Assembly (NCBI GenBank): GCA_963766715.1
Contig: CAVYBH010000008.1
Span: 736,001-800,000, forward strand
Length of the DNA: 64,000 bases
Direction: 5' to 3'
DNA from: an uncultured delta proteobacterium
GTDB taxonomy: Bacteria > Myxococcota > Myxococcia > Myxococcales > Anaeromyxobacteraceae
Shown here: positions 34,398 through 48,270 of the stretch, one piece after another
Position numbering within the stretch: the stretch's first letter is position 1
How the letters are laid out: every line of letters begins with the position of its first letter
The notes under the pieces: model-generated
Seen by the model: only the letters and a program-made list of their open reading frames with translations
Told to the model about the DNA's origin: nothing
The model's database searches: none
Position numbers and translations under genes: made by a program

Positions 34398-35757
34398 GTG
34401 ACCGATCCGGCTCCAGCTTCCCCTGCGCGTGCTCGTCATCGACGACGAGCCCAACATCCGCGACACGGTCGCCCTTTGCCTCCAGGGAGCGGGGGCCCGG
34501 GTGGACAAGGTCGGCTCCGGACTCTGCAGCGCTCGAGGCGCTGCGCCTCGCCCCCTACGACCTGGCCTTCTGCGATCTCCGGCTCGGCCAGGAGAGCGGG
34601 CTCGACCTCATCCCGCGCCTGCTGGCCGAGCGCCCGGGGCTCGACGTGGTCGTCATCACCGCCTTCGCCACCTTCGACACGGCGGTGGAGGCGATCCGCC
34701 GGGGCGCGCGCGACTACCTTCCCAAGCCCTTCACGCCCGCCCAGGTCCGCCACCAGCTCGAGGCCGCCCGGCAGCGCCGCGCCACCGCCTCCCGGCTGGA
34801 CGATCTGGAGAGCGCGGCTCGCCGACGCCGCGCCCGACGTCCGGCTCGAATCGGCATCCCCCCGCGTCCGCGCCACGCTGGAGACGCTCATGAAGGCGGC
34901 TCCGCACGACGTATCCGTGCTGCTCCGCGGCGAGAGCGGCACGGGCAAGGGCGTGCTGGCCCGGGCCCTCCACGCGGCCAGCCCCCGGCACGAGCGGCCG
35001 TTCGTGGTGGTGAACTGCCCGACCCTCTCCGAGGAGCTGCTGGCGAGCGAGCTCTTCGGCCACGCCCGCGGCTCGTTCACGGGCGCGACCCGCGACCAGC
35101 CCGGCCGCATCGAGGCCGCGGAGGGCGGCACGGTGTTCCTGGACGAGATCGGCGACATCTCCCCCTCGCTCCAGGCCAAGCTCCTCCGCTTCCTGCAGGA
35201 GAAGCGCTTCGAGCGGATCGGCGAGAACCGGACCCGCGTCGCCGACGTGCGCGTCGTCGCGGCGACCAACCGCGACCTGGAGACGGGCCGTGAAGGAGGG
35301 GCGGTTCCGGGAGGACCTCCTCTACCGGCTGAACGTGGTGGAGGTGACCGTCCCGCCGCTCCGCGAGCGCACCGAGGACATCCTCCCGCTGGCGCGGAGC
35401 TTCGTCGCCTTCTTCGCCACGCAGGCCCGGCGCGCCCCCCCGGAGATCTCGCCCGCGACCGAGCGGATGCTCGTCGCCTGGCCCTGGCCGGGCAACGTCC
35501 GCGAGCTGCGCAACGCCATCGAGCGGGCGGTGATCCTCACGCCCGGGCAGCTGCTCGAGCCGGAGAGCTTCCCGGAGCGCATGGCCGGGCATGCCGCGCG
35601 CGTTCCCACCCTGGGGGGCGACTACACGGTCGCGGAGGTGGAGCGGGAGCACATCCTCCGCGTCCTGGCCCGCACCGCCACGCAGGACGAGGCGGCGCGG
35701 ATCCTCGGGCTCGACGCCTCGACGCTGTGGCGGAAGCGGAAGAAGGAAGGGCGCTGA
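34398..35757 (+). CDS. Sigma-54-dependent response regulator (NtrC/AlgB-like); several indels
   Basis: Receiver VLVIDDE/AFCDL/ITAF/YLPKPF; AAA+ [48 protein letters not shown]; Fis [18 protein letters not shown]. Confidence 0.93.
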
Positions 35758-35759
35758 GG

Positions 35760-37598
35760 GCTGCAAGCGTCCCGGGGCGGCGCCGCCGGGAGCGTGAACC
35801 AGAAGGTGCTGCCCTTCCCGACCTCGCTCGTGGCGCCCATCTCCCCGCCGTGGGCGCGGACCACCTCGCGGGAGATGTAGAGCCCGAGCCCCACCCCGCC
35901 CCGCTTCGAGCCCGGCACCTGGAAGAAGCGATCGAAGATCCGCTCCTGGTACTGGGGGGGGATCCCCTCGCCGCTGTCCTGCACCTCGAAACGGACGCCG
36001 TCCTCTGCCTGGCGCGAGGCGGGCGGTGACGCGGCCCCCGCGGCGGCGTGTGCCGGACGGCGTTCGCCGAGCAGGTTGGCGAGCACGACGCCGATCCGCT
36101 CCGGATCGGCCTGGATCGGGACCGGCTGCGGCCGGGGCCTCCACCGAGAGGTCGAGCCCCGCCCCCCGCGCCGCGGCGGCGGCCTCGGCGGCCGCGTGCG
36201 CGAGGAGCGCCCCCGCCTCGACGGCGCGGGCGTGGATCTCGATCCGGCCGGCCTGGATCCGCGACAGGTCGAGGATGTCGTCGACGATGCCCTGGAGCCG
36301 CTCGCAGTCCTGGCGCGCCGCCGCCATGAGGTCGGCCTGCTGGGGCGTGAGCGGGCCGGCCGCCTCCTCCGCGCACATGTGGACGGCCATGCGCAGGGAC
36401 GTGAGGGGCGTGCGGAACTCGTGGGCCACCGTGGCGACGAGGTCGTTCTTCAGCTCGTCGAAGCGCACCAGCCGGGTCACGTCCTGGAGGACCATCGTGA
36501 CGCCGGTGACCGCGCCCTCCTCGGAGTAGAGGGCCGTGGCCCGCGGGAGGAGCCGGTGCGGGCCGTCGGGGAGGTCGACGCGGACGGCCTCGTCGAAGCC
36601 CCGGGGCACCACCGCTCCCTTCCCGGAGAGCACGTGGGCCCGGATCGCCTCGATGCGCTCCCGCAGCGAGGGGTCGAGCGCGTGGATCGGGGTGCCCGCC
36701 CCCGTCCCCGGCGCCATGCGGAGCAGGGCCTCGGCGGCGCGATTCTGGTTCAGGATCCCGCCGGCGGCGTCGAGGACGAGCACCGGGTCGGGCAGGCTGT
36801 CGATGGCGGCCTGGGAGGCCTGCTGGGCCTGGATGAGGTCGCCGAGGGAGCTCTTGCGGTACTCCTCCAGCCGGTCGGCCATGGTGTTGAACTCGGTCGC
36901 GAGCGCGGCGATCTCGTCCTTGCCCCGGGGGCGCGCCCGCGACTCCAGGTCGCCCTCGCCGAAGCGGCGCACGGCCAGCGAGAGGGCGGACAGCGGCTGC
37001 ACGATCCGTGCGGTGAGGGCGAAGGAGGCGACGAGGCCGAGGGCGAGGGCCGCGACGGTGGCCGCCAGCATGAGCTGGAGCAGGCGCTGCGCGGAGCGGC
37101 GCGCCTGGTTGCTCTTGCGCACCATCGCGTCCTGGTTGAGCGCGAGCACCTCGTCGATGGCCGCTCGCACGGCCATGGAGCGCTGCTGCAGCGGGCCCGA
37201 GGTAGGCGGGGAGCTTCGTCGCCGGGCGGCCTCCTGCTCGCCCCTCGGCGGCCCGGTAGGCCATCCACGCGGTTCGCAGCCGATCGGTGGCCGGCCCCTC
37301 GCCCGGCTCGGTGAGGTTTCCCTCCTGGACGCGCAGCTCCGACTCGAAGCGATCGCGGAGCACGTCTGGCCGACTCCCCCGCCGGCCGGCCCAGCGCGCG
37401 CAGCAGCGCCTCGCGGTCGAGCCCGTCGAGCGCGTCTCCCATGCGCTGGGCGGCGAGCACGCTCCGGTAGTTGTCCTGGAGGATGGTCTCCGAGCTGTCC
37501 CCCAGGGAGGCGACCGTCCGGAGCGACGCCGCGCCGACGACGAGCAGCGCCGCCGCGAGCGGCACCTGGGCGAGGAGCAGCCTGCGGCGCAGGGTCAC
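35760..37598 (-). CDS. Membrane sensor histidine kinase (periplasmic 4-helix, HAMP, PAS, HisKA, HATPase; KinB-like); indels, 3' end approximate
   Basis: TM1, [17 protein letters not shown]2, [19 protein letters not shown]-box [10 protein letters not shown]-box NLL.NAVRHT, DSGEGI, GLGLYI. Confidence 0.9.
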
Positions 37599-38744
37599 GG
37601 TGGTCCCTCTCCTCGTCGAAGGAGACCACGTGGACGTCGAGCCCCTCGGCGCCGTCCACCACGCGGTCGAGCACCGAGCGGCGCAGGTGCCGCCGCCACC
37701 ACGGCTCGGTGCCCCGCCCCAGGATGAGGTCGCTCACCCGGTGGGCCCGCGCGAAGTCGAGGAGCGCGCGCGGCCGGATCGTCGGACTGCAGCCGCACCA
37801 CCTCGCCCCCCAGCTCCTTGGCCCGGGCGATGTTGGCGTGCAGGTGGCGCTGCGCCTCCGAGTCGATGCGCTCGGGCGCCTCCCGCGGCGTCTCGACGTA
37901 GACCACGTACCAGTCGGTGTTGAGCCGGCCGGCCATGCGCGACCCCGCCGCAGCAGGGTCGCCGCGTGCGGGGGGTTGGAGGAGAGGCACACCATGACCC
38001 GGCCGGGGGCCGGGGCCGCCGGCGCGGCGGAGGGCTGGCGGATGGCGGCGCGGTCGAGGCTCTGCGCCACCTCGCGGAGCGACAGCTCGCGCAGCGTGGA
38101 GAGGTTGGCGTCGCGGAAGAAGTGCTCGAGGGCCCAGGGAATCCGGTCGGCCGGGTAGATCTTGCCCGGCCTTGAGCCGGTCGAGGAGGTCCTCCACCGC
38201 CAGGTCGAGGTTCACCACCTGGTCGGCCTGCTCGAGGAAGGAGTCGGGGACGGTCTCCCGCACCTGCACGCCGGTGCTGCGCTGGATGAGGTCGTTCAGC
38301 GACTCGAGGTGCTGGATGTTGAGCGCGCCGATGACGTTCACGCCCGCGTCGAGCAGCTCGAGGACGTCCTGGTAGCGCTTGCCGTGGCGCGAGCCCGGCG
38401 CGTTGGTGTGCGGGATCTCGTCGACGATGGCCACGGTGGGCTTGCGCGCCAGCACCGCGTCGAGGTCCATCTCCTCCACCGCGACGCCGCGGTACTCGAC
38501 CCGGCGCCGGGGGACGACCTCGAGGTCGCCGATCAGCGCCTGCCGTCTCGGCGCGCCCGTGGGTCTCGACGAGCGCGCCCACCACGTCCACGCCCCGCCT
38601 GCGCAGCGCGTGGGCCTCCTCGAGCATGCGCCAGGTCTTGCCCACGCCGGCCGCGAACCCGACGTAGAGCTTGAGCTTGCCGCGCCTCGCCCGCTCGACG
38701 AGCTCGAGGAAGTCCTCCGGCCGCTGGCGGACGGGCGCCGTCAT
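37595..38744 (-). CDS. kdpD: Stand-alone KdpD N-terminal sensor domain plus Usp domain (no TM or kinase domain); indels
   Basis: RGKLKLYVGFAAGVGKT, ETHGRAET, DEIPHTNAPGS..KRYQDV, LNIQHLESLND, VRETVPD; Usp VMVCLSSNP..WYVVYVETP. Confidence 0.88.
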
Positions 38745-38754
38745 CCCGTCCGTT

Positions 38755-39362
38755 CTACCCCTTCGCCGCGACGGCCGGGCGCCCGAACTGCCGGTCGAGG
38801 GCGAGGTTGAGGAGCAGCACGTTCACCCGGGGCTCGCCGAGCAGGCCGAGCTCGCGCCCCTCGACCGCGTCCTCGACGAGCGCCCGGACGCGCGCCTCGC
38901 TCACGCCGCGGGCGCCGGCGACCCGCGCCACCTGCCAGAGCGCGCCGGCCGGGGAGAGGTGCGGGTCGAGCCCGCTCCCGGAGGTGGTGACCAGCTCCGC
39001 CGGCACCGAGGCCGGCGCGGCCGGGTTCTCGGCGCGGAGCCGGGCGGCGTCGGCCGCCACCCGTTCCCGCAGCTTCGCGGAGGTGGGGCCCAGGTTCGAG
39101 CCGCTCGACGCGAGGCCGTCGCAGCCCTTCTCCCCGGCCGCCGACGGGCGCGGCTGGAAGTAGGCCGGCGACGAGAAGCCCTGGCCGATCAGCTCGGAGC
39201 CCACCGACCTTGCCCGACGCCGTCGAGGACGATGCTCCCCCGGCCCGGCGCGGGAAGAGCACCTGGGCCACGCCCGTCACGGCGAGTGGATAGAGGAGGC
39301 CCGGTGAGGACGAGCGTGACGACGGTGACGCGCAGAGCGAGGTCAGGATGTTGCTCTCGCAT
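38755..39362 (-). CDS. kdpC: K+-transporting ATPase subunit C; indels
   Basis: [54 protein letters not shown]. Confidence 0.93.
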
Positions 39363-39371
39363 GGTCTCTCC

Positions 39372-41422
39372 TCAGACGGCGCCGACGGCGGACAGCGCCA
39401 GGTCGATGAGCTTGATCCCGACGAACGGGGCCACCACCCCGCCCAGGCCGTAGATGAGCAGGGAGCGGCGGAGGACCGCGGCGGCGCCGAGCGGGCGGTA
39501 GCGCACGCCCCGGAGCGCCAGCGGGATGAGCAGCACGATGATGATCGCGTTGAAGATCACGGCCGAGAGGATGGCGCTGTAGGGCGAGGCGAGGTGCATG
39601 ACGTCGAGCGGCGCCATCTCCGGGTAGGCGGCCACGAAGAGGGCCGGGAGGATGGCGAAGTACTTGGCCACGTCGTTGGCGATGGAGAAGGTGGTGAGCG
39701 TCCCGCGGGTCATGAGCAGCTGCTTGCCCACCTCCACCACCTCGAGCAGCTTGGTCGGGTTGGAGTCCAGGTCCACCATGTTCCCGGCCTCCTTGGCGGC
39801 CTGGGTCCCGGTGTTCATGGCCACGCCCACGTCGGCCTGGGCCAGCGCCGGCGCGTCGTTCGTCCCGTCGCCGGTCATGGCCACGAGCTTGCCCTTGGCC
39901 TGCTCCTCCTGGATGAGGCGCATCTTGGCCTCCGGGGTCGCCTCGGCGAGGAAGTCGTCGACGCCGGCCTCCCGGGCGATGGCGGCGGCGGTGCGGGGGT
40001 TGTCGCCGGTGATCATCACCGTGCGGATGCCCATGGCCCGGAAGCGCTCGAAGCGCTCGGCGATGCCCCCCTTCACGACGTCCTTCAGCTCCACGATGCC
40101 CGAGCACCCGGGCGCCGTCGGAGACCGCGAGCGGCGTCCCCCCGGTGTCGCCGATGCGCCCGGCCGCGGCCACCATGTCGGGGTGCATCGCGCCGCCGAG
40201 CGCGGCCACGTGCTTCGCCCACCGCGTCCACCGCGCCCTTGCGGATGACCCGGTCGCCCAGGTCGCAGCCGCTCATCCGGGTCTGCGCGGTGAAGGGGAC
40301 GAAGCGCGCCTGCCCCTCCAGCTCCCGGCCGCGGATCGCGAACCGCTCCTTGGCGAGCACCACGATGGAGCGACCCTCCGGCGTCTCGTCGGCCAGGCTC
40401 GCCAGCTGGGCCGCGTCGGCCAGGTCCTCCACCCGCACGCCCGCGGCGGGGATGAAGTCGGAGGCCATCCGGTTGCCGAGCGTGATGGTGCCGGTCTTGT
40501 CGAGCAGCAGCACGTCCACGTCCCCGGCCGCCTCGACCGCCCGGCCGCTCATGGCGAGCACGTTCTTCCGCAGCAGGCGGTCCATCCCCGCGATGCCGAT
40601 GGCGGAGAGCAGGCCGCCGATGGTGGTGGGGATGAGGCAGACGAGCAGCGCGACGATCGCGGTGACGGAGAGGTGGATCCCCGAGTAGGCGGCGATGCGG
40701 CACGAGCGTGACGCAGGCGAAGAGGAAGATGAGCGTGAGGCCGACCAGCAGGATGTGGAGCGCGATCTCGTTCGGGGTCTTCTGCCGGGCGGCGCCCTCG
40801 ACGAGCCCGATCATCCGGTCGAGGAACGACTCGCCCGGGTTGGCGGTGATGCGCACCAGGATCCGGTCGGAGAGCACCGTCGTGCCGCCGGTGACCGCGC
40901 TGCGATCGCCGCCCGACTCGCGGATGACGGGCGCCGACTCGCCGGTGATGGCCGACTCGTTCACCGAGGCGACGCCCTCGATGACCTCGCCGTCGCCCGG
41001 GATCATCTGGCCGGCCTCCACCACCACCACGTCGCCCTTGCGGAGCGAGGCGGCCGGGACCTGCTCCTCCTGGCCGTTCGCCAGAGCCGCCGGGCGTCCA
41101 CGTCCCGCCGCATCTTGCGCAGCGTGTCGGCCTGGGCCTTGCCCGCGCCCCTCGGCCACCGCCTCGGCGAAGTTGGCGAAGATCACGGTGAACCAGAGCC
41201 AGAGGCTGACCGTGAGGGTGAACCAGCCGGGCGCGGCACCGGCGGGGCGGCGATCCGGTCCCGGAGCCAGAGCAGGGTCGTGAGCAGGCTGCCCACCTCG
41301 ACGACGAACATGACCGGGTTCTTCGCGACCAGCCGCGGGTCGAGCTTGGCGAGGCTGGCGATCGCCGCCGCGCGGAGGATGGCGGGATCGAGGAGCGAGC
41401 GTCTTCCGGGTTCGGGGGCCAT
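39372..41422 (-). CDS. kdpB: K+-transporting P-type ATPase subunit B; indels
   Basis: [63 protein letters not shown]. Confidence 0.96.
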
Positions 41423-41424
41423 GG

Positions 41425-43152
41425 CTAGAAGACCCTTCCGCGCAGGGCGGCGAAGTGCTCGAGCACCGGGCCGAGCGAGAGCGCCGGGAAGAAGGTCAGC
41501 GCGCCGACGATGAGGATGACCGAGACGAGGAGGAGGACGAAGGTGGGCCCGCCGGTGGGGAAGGTGCCCGGCCCGGGCGGCACGGACTTCTTCCCGACCA
41601 TGGCGCCGGCGATGGCCAGCGCGGGGACGATCATGAAGAAGCGGCCGAGGAGCATGTCCACGCCGAGCGCGAGGTTCCAGAACGGCGTGTTGGCGTTCAG
41701 GCCGGCGAAGGCCGAGCCGTTGTTGGCGGCGCCGCTGGTGAAGGCGTAGAGCATCTCCGAGAGCCCGTGCGGCCCGGCGTTGTTCGAGGGACGAGGTCCC
41801 GTACGGCGACCACCGCGGCCCAGCCGGAGAGGACCAGCACCGCCACCGGGAAGACCAGGATGTAGAGCACGGCGAGCTTCATCTCGCGCCCCTCCACCTT
41901 CTTCCCCAGGTACTCCGGCGTGCGCCCCACCATCAGGCCGGCCAGGAACACGGTGAGGATGGCCATGACGAGCATGCCGTAGAGGCCGGCCCCGACGCCG
42001 CCGAAGACCACCTCGCCGAGCTGCATGTTCACCATCGGGACGAGCCCGCCGATGGGCGTGAAGCTGTCGTGCATGGCGTTCACGGCGCCGCAGGAGGCGT
42101 CGGTGGTGACGGTCGCGAAGAGCGCGGAGCTCGCCACGCCGAACCGGGTCTCCTTGCCCTCCAGGTTGCCGGCGGCCTGGTCGATGCCCAGGCCGGCGAG
42201 CGCCGGGTTGTGGCGCGACTCGGCGCCGTAGGCGATCGCCGACGCCGGCGAGGAAGAGCGCGGCCATGGCGGCGAAGAGCGCCCAGCCCTGCCGCGTGTC
42301 CCTGCGCCATCCGCCCGTAGGTGAAGGTGAGGCCGGCCGGGATGAGGAAGATGAGCAGCATCTGGACCAGGTTCACGAGCGGCGTCGGGTTCTCGAACGG
42401 GTGGGCGCTGTTGGCGTTGAAGAAGCCGCCGCCGTTCGTCCCCAGCATCTTGATGGCCTCCTGGGAGGCGACCGGGCCGAGCGCGATGACCTGCTTCACG
42501 CCCTCGAGCGTCTGGACCTCGAGGTTCGGCGCGAGCGTCTGCACCACGCCCTGGGAGACGAGGAAGAGCGCCACCAGGAAGGAGAGCGGCAGGAGGACGT
42601 AGAGCGTCGCCCGCACCAGGTCGGCCCAGAAGTTCCCGAGCGTCCTCGGCCCTCCGGGCCCTCCGCGGCGGGTCAGCCCGCGCGCCAGCGCCAGCGCCAC
42701 GCCGATGCCGGCCGCGGCGGAGGTGAAGTTGTGCCAGGCGAGCCCCGCCATCTGGGCCAGGTAGCCCATGGTCGACTCGCCGCGCGTACGACTGCCAGTT
42801 GGTGTTGGTGGTGAAGCTGACGGCGGTGTTCCAGGCCAGCTCCGGCCCCACCGCGGCCGAGGCCGTTCGGGTTCAGCGGGAGCACCGCCTGCAGGCGCAG
42901 GATGGCGTAGGTGACGAGCACGCCCATGGCGCTGAAGACGAGCACCGAGACGGCGTACTCCTTCCAGTCCTGCTCCTTCTCCGGGTCCACGCCGCAGAGG
43001 CGGAAGAGCAGGCGCTCCACCGGCCCGAGCAGGCGCGGCAGGGGCCGCGCCCGGCTCTCGAACACGCGGTAGAGCCAGAGCCCCACCGGCTTCGTGAGCA
43101 GCAGCACGAGGAGCGAGAAGAGCCCGATCTGCAGCCAGCCGTTGACGGTCAC
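41425..43152 (-). CDS. kdpA: K+-transporting ATPase subunit A; indels
   Basis: [75 protein letters not shown]. Confidence 0.96.
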
Positions 43153-43160
43153 GGGATCCC

Positions 43161-43250
43161 CTAGAAGCGCTCGGGACGGAGCAGCGCGTAGACGAGGTAG
43201 GCCGCGAGCAGCGCGGCGACCCCGATGCCGAGGACGAAGTCGAGGGACAT
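43161..43250 (-). CDS. kdpF: K+-transporting ATPase small subunit F (29 aa)
   Basis: [29 protein letters not shown] with SD AGGAG; YL.YAL.RPE.F is the KdpF signature. Confidence 0.92.
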   Translation of the reverse strand: MSLDFVLGIGVAALLAAYLVYALLRPERF

Positions 43251-43258
43251 GAGGGCTC

Positions 43259-43343
43259 CTAGAGCCGGTCGAGAGCGCGGACGAAGGCGACCGAGAGGAC
43301 GAAGAAGGCGAGGGTGGCGAGCGGCGAGGGCGAGATCGGCCAT
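43259..43343 (-). CDS. Second small hydrophobic peptide of the kdp operon (~27-28 aa; one indel)
   Basis: SD GAGGAG, then MADLALA..LATLAFFVLSVAFVRALDRL*; span is 85 nt, so one indel is needed. Confidence 0.6.
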
Positions 43344-43354
43344 GGGACGGCTCC

Positions 43355-43697
43355 TCACTTGGTGGGGCGCGGGGTGTGGCTCCGCGCGATCTCCTGGCAG
43401 CGGCGCGTCGCACTCCGGGAACTGCGAGATGAACTGGATCTGCTCGACGCAGCGCTTCTCGAGGGCGTCGTCTCGCGGTCCGGAGCCGCAGAGCCGCTGG
43501 AGCTCCCCGAAGGCCTGCTGGTACACCGCCGCCCGCTCCACCGGATCCATTCGCCCGATGGCGCGCCGCTCCGCGCCCAGTGCTCCAGAAGAACGCGATG
43601 GCGAGGGCCGCGACGAGGAGGGCCGCGAGGACGCGCCAGGCGATCTGCCGGTTGGTCCGTGCGGATGCGGGCAAGCGTCGGATCCAGTGGTGGCCAT
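43355..43697 (-). CDS. Hypothetical single-TM protein with Cys-containing periplasmic domain, first gene of the kdp operon; indels
   Basis: RQIAWRVLAALLVAALAIAFFW, then ERRAIGRMDPVERAAVY..LQRLC..RCVEQIQFISQFPECDARCQEIAR pieced across frames; start uncertain. Confidence 0.55.
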
Positions 43698-43709
43698 GCT
43701 TCCAGGTAG

Positions 43710-43725
43710 AGCAGTCGTCGTGCCA
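43710..43725 (-). promoter_or_regulatory. Sigma-54 (-24/-12) promoter of the kdp operon
   Basis: TGGCAC-GACGA-CTGCT on the minus strand; GG-N10-GC spacing is exact. Confidence 0.75.
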
Positions 43726-43777
43726 TCGGATGGCGGCCTGATTCCGGGCACTTGGTCACCCAGGCCGCGGCCTGTCC

Positions 43778-43823
43778 TTGCAGTTTGCAACCACCGTCCC
43801 CGCCGCGGAGTTGCGAACCGCAG
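43778..43823. promoter_or_regulatory. Two candidate enhancer (UAS) sites
   Basis: TTGCA-GTT-TGCAA (43778-43790) and TTGCG-AAC-CGCAG (43811-43823), 33 bp apart, upstream of the sigma-54 promoter. Confidence 0.55.
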
Positions 43824-43825
43824 CC

Positions 43826-46759
<2,934 letters not shown>

Positions 46760-46864
46760 GGCTCCCCCCGGAGCGACTTCCCGGATCGTGCCACACCGGC
46801 CCTCCCGGCCGGCGTGCCAGGAGGGTCCCCTCCCTTCGGCGTGCGGGGACCTCCCGCCCGGGTG

Positions 46865-48103
46865 CTAGCCGGGGGTCTTCTCGGTCTCCCGCCGGGTCGC
46901 GGCGGGGCGCATCCGCATCAGCTCCCCGTACTTGAGCCGCTCCTCGAGGCGGCAGGACCAGACCAGCTGGCCGTCGTGGACGGTCATGTCCGGGCAGGAG
47001 TCGCACATCGACTGCCGGCCGTCCTCGAGCACGTCCACCGGCTGGATGATCATCACGGACTGCAGGTGAAGCGGACGGGCCAGGCGGAAGGGATTCCGGG
47101 CGGCCGAGCGGGCCCAGGCGGCCGCGGCCTTGCGGAGCCCCGGGTCGATGGCGCCGAGCGCCAGCATGCTGCGCGCGCTGGCGTGCACCTTGGGCGGCAC
47201 GTACCCGAGGTAACGCCCCTTCACCAGGTGGTTCCAGACCTGCGACAGCTCGACGAACTTCGGGCCGGCGCTCCCGTAGAAGCGATCCCGGTCGCCCACG
47301 AGCAGCGTCATGAGCCACTTGAAGGAGTCGGGGCGCTCGGTGCCGTTCAGGTAGGCGGCCGGCTCGAACTCCGGGAACCGCCCGCGGATGACGTCCACGA
47401 TCTCCTGCGCGTCGATGTCGGTCCGCTGGGGCGCCGCGCGGGTGTAGGTGAGCTGCCCGACCTCCACCTTCTCCTCCCCGGCGAAGTAGTCGAAGCGCTC
47501 CCGGACGGCGGCGCGGAAGGCGATGAAGACGAGGATGTGGACCTTGTCGGCGTGGCGCCGGCCCCAGTCGAGGATCTCCGGGACGAAGGGAAGGGTCTTC
47601 TCGTAGACGGTGGAGTTGAAGGCGCAGGACATCCCGCCCGCCTCGGCCACCTGCTCGGCGAACTCCAGCCGCAGCTCGTTCAGCTCGAGCTCGGTGGCGC
47701 CCTTCCAGCCCGGCCGGGTCTGCAGGCTGTCGACGTGGAAGGTGAAGCCGGCAGCGCCGGCGGCCTTGAGGTCGCGGAGCAGGGACGGGGTGAGCCCGTG
47801 CCCGTTGGTGTTCACCACGGGCTTCAGGCCGCGCGAGGCGATCATCCGGACCACCTCGACGATCTCCGGGTGGACGAGCGGATCGCCTCCGGCCACCGAC
47901 ACGGCGTCGGTCTGGCGGAACTTCTCGAAGACGTCGAGGTCGGCGCGAACCTGCGCGAGCGACTTGTGGCTGCCCTTGGCGTTCGCCGAGTAGCAGCCGT
48001 CGCAGTAGATGTTGCACTCCTTGGTCGGCTCGAGCCAGGAGATGACGTTGTCGGTGAGGCTCCAGGGGAGCCGGTAGAGCTTGCGATGGTCGAGCTTCTT
48101 CAC
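46865..48103 (-). CDS. Radical SAM protein of unknown function
   Basis: CNIYCDGC (CX3CX2C), AGGDPL, NTNG; C-terminal CDSC..WSC; SD GGAGG before GTG at 48103. Confidence 0.88.
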   Translation of the reverse strand: MKKLDHRKLYRLPWSLTDNVISWLEPTKECNIYCDGCYSANAKGSHKSLAQVRADLDVFEKFRQTDAVSVAGGDPLVHPEIVEVVRMIASRGLKPVVNTNGHGLTPSLLRDLKAAGAAGFTFHVDSLQTRPGWKGATELELNELRLEFAEQVAEAGGMSCAFNSTVYEKTLPFVPEILDWGRRHADKVHILVFIAFRAAVRERFDYFAGEEKVEVGQLTYTRAAPQRTDIDAQEIVDVIRGRFPEFEPAAYLNGTERPDSFKWLMTLLVGDRDRFYGSAGPKFVELSQVWNHLVKGRYLGYVPPKVHASARSMLALGAIDPGLRKAAAAWARSAARNPFRLARPLHLQSVMIIQPVDVLEDGRQSMCDSCPDMTVHDGQLVWSCRLEERLKYGELMRMRPAATRRETEKTPG

Positions 48104-48270
48104 GGACGCCTCCCGGGCCCTCGGGCCTCGAAAAGGGCGGAATGTAGTCGCCTCGCACGGGGTGTCAACGAACGCTTTCTCGCGCTTCGTCGGCCCGAAT
48201 CCGGTCCACATCGTGGCGGCCACCCCTCAGGGGCGGACCTTCCCGGCCGGGACGGCTCTATGTTGCCCGG

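Noticed and set aside
46865..48103. Radical SAM enzyme as the anaerobic sulfatase maturase for the sulfatase cluster
   Set aside because: It lacks the Cys-rich SPASM domain and anSME N-terminal motif, and lies 10 kb away with its own promoter.
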